This document shows, piece after piece, positions 26,160 to 32,000 of a stretch of 32,000 nucleotides of DNA. The position numbers and the translations under genes were made by a program. Where the stretch lies: positions 766,931-798,930 of the forward strand of contig NZ_CP022684.1 in assembly GCF_002863865.1 (NCBI RefSeq), given 5' to 3'. Below the pieces are notes generated by a model. That model ran no database searches and had not been told where the DNA came from. It saw only the letters and a program-made list of their open reading frames with translations. The DNA is from Ketobacter alkanivorans. Lineage in GTDB: Bacteria; Pseudomonadota; Gammaproteobacteria; Pseudomonadales; Ketobacteraceae. Each line of letters begins with the position of its first letter. The first letter of the stretch is position 1.

Positions 26160-28319
26160 TTATTTGTGCCTGAATTCCCAGCAATGGTGTATGGGCTTTC
26201 CACGGGAGAAATCAGGCGGCAGGCTGTCCTTGGTAATATCCTTAACGTCATAACGCTCCATCAACTCGGGCTCAAGCTGGAAGCGATTGAAATTATTAGA
26301 AAAAACCAGCAAACCACCGGGCTCAAGGCGCTTCATGGCCAAATCCAGCAATTCAACTTGAGATTGCTGGACATCAAAAAACCCCTGCATACGTTTAGAG
26401 TTCGAAAAAGTAGGTGGATCCACAAAAATGAGATCAAACTGATCATTTGTCTTCTTCAACCACTCCATACAATCACTGCGTATCAGCTGGTGGTTGCTTT
26501 CCGCACAACCATTCAGATACAGGTTATTGCGCGCCCATTGCAGGTACGTGGCAGACATATCCACTGAGGTTGTCTTTTTGGCACCACCAATGGCCGCATG
26601 CACAGTGGCCGCTCCGGTGTAACAATACAAATTAAGGAAGCGAAGGCCTTTGGACAAGGACTGCATCCGAACCCGGGTAGGCCGGTGATCCAGAAACAAA
26701 CCCGAATCCAGATAATCATCTAAATTAACCAGAAGCAAAGCGCCAGCCTCATCAATAGGCAGCATACGACGGGTTTCGCTTAACTTTTGATATTGAGTAG
26801 CACCCTTCTGCCGTTGGCGACTTTTCACATGGATGTATGAGAAAGGAATATCAAAAAAGCGTTTAAGACTTTCAAGCGCATCCTGTAACCGTTGTTGGGC
26901 TTTTTCAAGGTTAACGGTTTTTGGAGGAGCATACTCCTGCACATGCAGATGACCGTTATACCAGTCAATCGCCAGGTTGTATTCAGGGATATCCGCATCA
27001 TAAACCCGATAAGCGGTTACATGCTCTTTATCCGCCCATTTTTGCAGGGTTTTCAGGTTCTTCTTTATTCGATTCAGTAAATCTTTAGCAGGAGCATTTT
27101 CAATACAGTCGTGTTGCAGCGCAGGTGTAACAGGTACGCATTGATGGGACGAACGTTTAACCACGGTACCACTGCGAATCACGCAACGAATCGGACCATT
27201 AAATACTCGGTGCGTTTGGGGATCATCCAATTGCAGCGCATCGGCATATTCAACATCGTTAGTAATAATGGCAGCACGCCAATGTTCGCAGTTTTCCTGC
27301 AAGCGGCGAGCGATTGCTCGATATAGAAAGATTAAATCTGCATCCTTATCCAGGCGTTCGCCATAGGGCGGATTGGATACAACCATGCCCCGCACAGCGT
27401 CCCCTGTCCTTAAGGCAAACTGTGCCAGTTCACGTCGTTCAACATGAATGTTGCCCTGCAACCCAGCGGCCTCGATGTTCTTCATTGCCGCCTGTATAGA
27501 TGCATTATCAGAATCGTAGCCCTTGATTTGAAATGAGAAATTCTCTGAAATATCTTTCGCAGCAGCTCGACTCACCGCATCCTGCCAGATGCTTTCATCA
27601 TGATAGGCCCAAGCCTCGAAGCCAAACCGCTTACGAATCAGTCCCGGTGCCATACCAGCCTGCATCATGGCCGCTTCTATCAACAAGGTGCCAGAGCCGC
27701 ACATGGGATCTACTAACTGCGGATAATCCGCATCAGGCCAACCCGCACTCATCAACAATGCTGCAGCCAGTGTTTCTTTTAAGGGGGCGTCATTTTGAGC
27801 CACCCGGTAACCACGCTTGTGCAGAGGATCTCCGGCAAGATCCAATGAAACCTGTACAGTCTCACGATCAAAGTGAACGTGGATACGAATATCTGGATTA
27901 CGGGTATCAACGTTGGGCCGATCGCCCTGGAAATGTCGAAAGTAATCCATGACAGCATCTTTGGTACGATAAGTAAGATACTGAGTGTTAACCTTTACGC
28001 TGGCATCTTTTGAAGTGGATATGGCAACACTTTCATTCAACGAAAAATGGGACTGCCAATGAACCTGGCGCAAGTTATGGTAGAAGTCGTCTTCGTTTTT
28101 ATAGGTAAATTCAGCGATTGGCAGCAGAATTCTTGAGGCAACCCTCGACCATAAACAAAAATCATACAGACTTTTCAGCTCCACGGGCCCTTCAACTGCA
28201 CCACGTACCAGCTGGTATGAATCACCTGCAATTGATTGAATTTCTTGCAATAAAAAATTTTCCAGGCCACCAGCACAGGTAATTACCAGGCGTGACGATT
28301 TCCAGTCATTTATATTCAT
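26160..28319 (-). CDS. rlmL: Bifunctional 23S rRNA (guanine2445-N2 / guanine2069-N7) methyltransferase RlmKL
   Basis: 719 aa, with a THUMP-type N-terminus. It has VSNPPYGERL and DPMCGSGTLLIEA SAM-MTase motifs plus a second C-terminal MTase domain (FLNLYCYTGAATV, IFVDPPTFS). Confidence 0.93.
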   Translation of the reverse strand: MNINDWKSSRLVITCAGGLENFLLQEIQSIAGDSYQLVRGAVEGPVELKSLYDFCLWSRVASRILLPIAEFTYKNEDDFYHNLRQVHWQSHFSLNESVAISTSKDASVKVNTQYLTYRTKDAVMDYFRHFQGDRPNVDTRNPDIRIHVHFDRETVQVSLDLAGDPLHKRGYRVAQNDAPLKETLAAALLMSAGWPDADYPQLVDPMCGSGTLLIEAAMMQAGMAPGLIRKRFGFEAWAYHDESIWQDAVSRAAAKDISENFSFQIKGYDSDNASIQAAMKNIEAAGLQGNIHVERRELAQFALRTGDAVRGMVVSNPPYGERLDKDADLIFLYRAIARRLQENCEHWRAAIITNDVEYADALQLDDPQTHRVFNGPIRCVIRSGTVVKRSSHQCVPVTPALQHDCIENAPAKDLLNRIKKNLKTLQKWADKEHVTAYRVYDADIPEYNLAIDWYNGHLHVQEYAPPKTVNLEKAQQRLQDALESLKRFFDIPFSYIHVKSRQRQKGATQYQKLSETRRMLPIDEAGALLLVNLDDYLDSGLFLDHRPTRVRMQSLSKGLRFLNLYCYTGAATVHAAIGGAKKTTSVDMSATYLQWARNNLYLNGCAESNHQLIRSDCMEWLKKTNDQFDLIFVDPPTFSNSKRMQGFFDVQQSQVELLDLAMKRLEPGGLLVFSNNFNRFQLEPELMERYDVKDITKDSLPPDFSRGKPIHHCWEFRHK

Positions 28320-28589
28320 TCAGCTTAAACACCGTTTGTAAGCCCATGAAATTTATCAAATCCCATTCAGGCGGCCTATTTTATCAATTACTCAATTTAA
28401 TTGATTCGTGTCTTCTTTATGACAATTTTTTTGTCGACATCATTCTAAAAGTTCGGTACTAATGTAAGTCCGGGCCTTAATAAGAGCCCCTCTTCCTTAC
28501 CAGCAACATCTTTTAGAAAGGAGTTTCTCTTCTAGTTCATACAGTCAACATCTCTCAAATCTCAAACAGGATAACGAGGTCGATAATTT

Positions 28590-28793
28590 ATGAAGAGACA
28601 AAAACGCGATAAAACCAGCAGAGCCTTCGTTAAGGGTTACCAAGCAGGTGTTAGCGGACGATCAAAAGATTCCTGCCCCTTTGCGGAAATTGTATCACGA
28701 CATACGTGGCTCAGTGGTTGGCGCGAAGGACGTACAGACCAATGGGAAGGCTACACCGGCGTATCCGGCATTCACAAGATCGCGAATCTCTGA
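28590..28793 (+). CDS. rmf: Ribosome modulation factor
   Basis: MKRQKRDKTSRAFVKGYQAGVSGRSKDSCPF...WLSGWREGR is the characteristic Rmf sequence. Confidence 0.93.
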   Translation: MKRQKRDKTSRAFVKGYQAGVSGRSKDSCPFAEIVSRHTWLSGWREGRTDQWEGYTGVSGIHKIANL

Positions 28794-28953
28794 CTGCCCT
28801 GAATCAACTTCAGCATTCTGGATAGATCAATTTATGATTTATCAACGCCAATCCAAAGATTAGGTACAAACACATTTAATTAGCAACTTACAAAAACGCT
28901 TTCTTTAATAGAGTGCCTCCCGCACTCTGGCAGCCCCATGAAGCTGTCGCCCA

Positions 28954-28973
28954 GAGGCCCCGCAAGGGGCCTC
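28954..28973. terminator. GC-rich hairpin between convergent rmf and pyrD (probable terminator)
   Basis: GAGGCCCC-GCAA-GGGGCCTC is an 8-bp perfect stem with a GNRA-like loop. A second hairpin AGAGTGC-CTCCC-GCACTCT lies at 28910-28928. The U-tracts are weak. Confidence 0.5.
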
Positions 28974-28984
28974 GTTCATTCAGG

Positions 28985-29998
28985 CTAGCGGCCCCAGGCT
29001 TTCACACAGGTAGCGATCAATCTGGGGCCCTGATAAATAAAACCGCTGTAAATCTGCACCAACACTGCTCCCGCCTCTTGCTTGGCGCGCGCCTGCTCAC
29101 CTTTCACAATACCGCCAACACCAATTACCGGCATCGCTCCCGCCAACTCATCACACAACTGCTTTAACACAGCCGTGGATTTTTCAAATACCGGGGCACC
29201 ACTGAGGCCACCCTGCTCATCACCATGAGGCAGGTGCTCTACCCCTTCACGGGCAAGCGTAGTATTAGTGGCAATAACGCCATCAACTTCATGTTTTTTA
29301 AACTGCCCCGCAATTTGAGCAACTTCTTCTGTTGTAAGATCGGGTGCAATCTTCACCAGTAACGGGACATACTTGCTGTGCTGATCAGACAAACGTTTCT
29401 GAGCAGTCTTCAGTCCATTCAGCAACTCATCAAGGCTCTCTCCGTATTGCAAGGATCTCAAGCCCTGCGTATTGGGAGACGAAATATTAATTACCACGTA
29501 GTCCGCATGCTGATACACCTTTTCCAGGCAGATCAGATAATCACTCAGCGCATGTTCCACTGGGGTATCAAAATTTTTGCCTATATTGATGCCTAACACA
29601 CCGTCATATCGAGAGCGCTTCACCTGCTCCACCAGATGATCAACCCCCTTATTATTGAAACCCATCCGATTAATGATGGCTTGCTTCTGCGGCAATCGAA
29701 ATAAGCGCGGCTTGAGGTTGCCCGGCTGAGGGCGCGGAGTAACCGTACCGATTTCAATAAAGCCGAACCCCAGCGACCCGAGAGCATCAATGTGATCTCC
29801 GTTCTTATCCAGTCCTGCGGCCAATCCTACCGGGTTTCTGAACTTTAACCCCATCAGCTCCACCGGGGCAGCCAGCTCAGGTAATAAACACCTGGTCAAC
29901 CTCAACGAGTACGCCACATCAATGGCTTTGAGAGCAAGCTCATGGGAGGTCTCAGTGGGTAAGGAAAACAGAAATTGTCTGGCTACTTTATAGATCAT
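28985..29998 (-). CDS. pyrD: Dihydroorotate dehydrogenase (quinone), class 2
   Basis: 337 aa. The motifs are N-terminal [47 protein letters not shown] and IGVGGI. Confidence 0.95.
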   Translation of the reverse strand: MIYKVARQFLFSLPTETSHELALKAIDVAYSLRLTRCLLPELAAPVELMGLKFRNPVGLAAGLDKNGDHIDALGSLGFGFIEIGTVTPRPQPGNLKPRLFRLPQKQAIINRMGFNNKGVDHLVEQVKRSRYDGVLGINIGKNFDTPVEHALSDYLICLEKVYQHADYVVINISSPNTQGLRSLQYGESLDELLNGLKTAQKRLSDQHSKYVPLLVKIAPDLTTEEVAQIAGQFKKHEVDGVIATNTTLAREGVEHLPHGDEQGGLSGAPVFEKSTAVLKQLCDELAGAMPVIGVGGIVKGEQARAKQEAGAVLVQIYSGFIYQGPRLIATCVKAWGR

Positions 29999-30027
29999 GA
30001 GGCATACCGCTGCTAAAAAACGGGGCG

Positions 30028-30036
30028 ATTATACCA
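30028..30036 (-). promoter_or_regulatory. Extended -10 promoter element TGGTATAAT for pyrD
   Basis: The minus strand reads TGGTATAAT-CGCCCCG-TTTTTT-AGCAGCGGTATGCCTC-ATG. The TATAAT is perfect and carries an upstream TG. Confidence 0.5.
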
Positions 30037-30048
30037 GCATGCTTGGGT

Positions 30049-30267
30049 TTACTGCAGTTTTTCCACCCTTACCAACTTATGGTTATCATCAAAATGGATA
30101 GCAAAGGTGCCATTTATACCCCCGTGGGTAACATAGGGCTGCAGAGATTGGGCAGGAAAACTAACTTTCCGCCCATCCCTGGTTTTAGCCAACACCGATT
30201 TTGCTGATCCCTGATACCAACGCAGATATTCATCAGGAGTTATCACCAGGTCAACTATCAGATGCAC
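30049..30267 (-). CDS. DUF2835-family small protein
   Basis: ITPDEYLRWYQGSAKSVLAKTRDGRKVSFPAQSLQPYVTHGGINGTFAI is typical of DUF2835 as I remember it. The start is uncertain. GTG 30267 (after GAGGGAG) gives about 72 aa, while ATG 30300 would overlap the upstream gene by 50 nt. Confidence 0.65.
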   Translation of the reverse strand: MHLIVDLVITPDEYLRWYQGSAKSVLAKTRDGRKVSFPAQSLQPYVTHGGINGTFAIHFDDNHKLVRVEKLQ

Positions 30268-32000
30268 GATCTCCCTCACTGTGCAGTGTCGTTTGCGCAA
30301 GATCCATTAATTCGCGTAACGCAACCCCGTACATGGAGAACTCCTTTACCTCCATGCTGTGAAACTCGCTGATGAGCGATTTCCATCGGCCTATCATGAT
30401 TTCATGATGCTGAGCCCATGCCGCTACACGCTCATCAACACTATGAGCAACGCCTGCCATCTGCAAGACGCCCACTGTCAACGTCCGTTGCTGCCAATCC
30501 AGATCGTCGCGATAAGCTTCCCGCGCCAGCGCCTGCCAATGGTTCTCGATATTCAGTGCGTTGATCTCTTCGCTGAACCAGTATAAATCCAACTGTGACC
30601 CTAAAGAAAAATACACCTCTGCTACTTCTGCTACCGGCTTACCCGTTACTTCTGCGGCTTGAATGATACCTAACACAGGCAACATACTGTCGGCACCGGC
30701 GATAAAAGTCGCTAATGTAGACGGCACCCCTTTCTCCACGTAACGATTATGGCGTTTCTCCCACACCTCTCTGCGGGGGCCACTTAGCACCGCAGGGAGA
30801 CTGTTCGCTACCGCCTGAACCCCTGAATGAAAGCGATCTATCGCCTCACGCACATTCACACCACAACGATTGTTACGTAAGAACCATCGTGTTGCACGCC
30901 GCATCAAGCGAATTAACATACGCATCATTTCCAGTTGCTCACTGGCTTCGATCTTATAGTCCAGCGCTTCGATCTGAAGCCACCAGTTTTCTAGATCAAA
31001 CACATCACGGGAGGCAATAAAGGCTTTAGCGATATCAGGTACACTGGCACCAGCGGCATCTTTCATACGATGCACAAAAGTGATGCCCATAAAATCCACC
31101 ATGCCACTGGCTACCTGAGTCGCTACAATCTCACGACGAAGTTTATGTGCGTAAAGTGGATCACGGTATTTTTCTACCAAGACCTTAGGAAACGCCTTCT
31201 CGATTTCATGACAGATGAAATCGTCATCCGGCAGCGCAGAGTGGGTCAACTCGTCCTTCAAAATGGCCTTGGTATAAGACAATAATGTCGACAGTTCTGG
31301 TCGCATCAAGCCTTTACCATTAACTATACGATCATGCAGCTCCTCATCACCTGGAATATTTTCCAGCTCCCGATCCAACTTACCCGAGGTAGTTAACGCA
31401 TGAATATAGCGCTTGTATTCCCCCATTCTATAAGTGGTTTCGCTACGAGCGACACTTAATGCCTGGGTCTGTCGATAATTGTTCTTTAATACCAACTCAG
31501 CGACTTCATCGGTCATCTGGGCCAGCAGCTCATTACGCTGCTTAAGTGTCATATCTCCATTATGAACAATATCATTTAATAGAATTTTGATGTTCACTTC
31601 ATGGTCAGAACAGTCCACTCCACCGGCATTATCAATAAAGTCGGTATTGGAAAGCCCGCCACGCAGGCCGTACTCAATTCGACCTAACTGCGTCATACCA
31701 AGGTTGCCTCCCTCACCGATCACCTTGGCTTTCACATCACAACCGTTCACTCTTAATCCGTCATTCGCCTTATCACCCACATCCGAGTTCAGTTCTTTGG
31801 ATGATTTAACGTATGTACCTATACCACCATTCCAGATCAAATCGACCGGAGCTTTTAACAGCGCACTGATCAGTTCCGTAGGATTCAGTGCATCGGCCTC
31901 AATCGCAAAGCGCTCTTTCATTTGAGGGGTAATACGGATGGATTTTGCTGAGCGAGAAAACAGCCCCCCGCCAGCGGAAATCAGATCAGCATTATAATCT
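30251..32000 (-). CDS. gdhB: NAD-specific glutamate dehydrogenase (large GdhB type), C-terminal part; the gene continues beyond the window
   Basis: The motifs are ...DLISAGGGLFSRSAKSIRITPQMKERFAI..., WNGGIGTYVK and GEGGNLGMTQLGRIEY. I translated the minus frame by hand and it stays open to the window edge (codons to 31999). Confidence 0.9.
   Translation of the reverse strand, partial: DYNADLISAGGGLFSRSAKSIRITPQMKERFAIEADALNPTELISALLKAPVDLIWNGGIGTYVKSSKELNSDVGDKANDGLRVNGCDVKAKVIGEGGNLGMTQLGRIEYGLRGGLSNTDFIDNAGGVDCSDHEVNIKILLNDIVHNGDMTLKQRNELLAQMTDEVAELVLKNNYRQTQALSVARSETTYRMGEYKRYIHALTTSGKLDRELENIPGDEELHDRIVNGKGLMRPELSTLLSYTKAILKDELTHSALPDDDFICHEIEKAFPKVLVEKYRDPLYAHKLRREIVATQVASGMVDFMGITFVHRMKDAAGASVPDIAKAFIASRDVFDLENWWLQIEALDYKIEASEQLEMMRMLIRLMRRATRWFLRNNRCGVNVREAIDRFHSGVQAVANSLPAVLSGPRREVWEKRHNRYVEKGVPSTLATFIAGADSMLPVLGIIQAAEVTGKPVAEVAEVYFSLGSQLDLYWFSEEINALNIENHWQALAREAYRDDLDWQQRTLTVGVLQMAGVAHSVDERVAAWAQHHEIMIGRWKSLISEFHSMEVKEFSMYGVALRELMDLAQTTLHSEGDRASDS

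Noticed and set aside
28648-28863. 71-aa ORF overlapping rmf in another frame
   Set aside because: It overlaps the strongly recognisable rmf reading frame, has no RBS and has no recognisable features.
1-32000. Window-wide look for CRISPR arrays, IS elements or transposases, integrases, toxin-antitoxin pairs and known defence genes
   Set aside because: I found no spaced repeat arrays, no terminal inverted repeats flanking a transposase-like ORF, and no recognisable nuclease/ATPase defence modules. The region reads as core chromosome rather than an island.

Overview
This looks like a densely packed chromosomal region of a motile gammaproteobacterium. That is an inference from gene content (rmf, rlmL, pyrD, large NAD-GDH, cheV, ompW, imuA-imuB-dnaE2); GC is roughly 50% by eye. 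I call 27 CDS (two cut by the window edges), all from motif recognition in the supplied translations, with no database searches. I saw no rRNA, tRNA, CRISPR array, transposase, integrase or phage gene. Five things deserve a second look. (1) The LexA-controlled imuA-imuB-dnaE2 mutagenesis cassette is split by an acyltransferase-3 membrane protein gene. Each half has its own consensus SOS box, and the second box sits inside a 38-bp palindrome that overlaps the dnaE2 start codon. (2) An identical 17-nt palindromic motif occurs in two separate divergent promoter regions. One is cheV / EAL-HDOD. The other is an uncharacterized gene pair whose 199-aa member has a CheZ-like F-x-D-x3-Q motif and an acidic C-terminal tail. 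(3) A near-consensus sigma-28 (FliA) promoter precedes a Cys/Trp-free 397-aa protein. A 1355-aa internally duplicated polytopic membrane protein and a glutaredoxin-like protein follow on the same strand, which makes a candidate uncharacterized motility-linked envelope module. (4) Two convergent coiled-coil proteins of unknown function lie downstream of rlmL. (5) The pyrD promoter has an extended -10 followed by a G-T6 tract at the predicted start site. Nothing here is a recognisable defence or mobile system, and the novelty claims are hypotheses.
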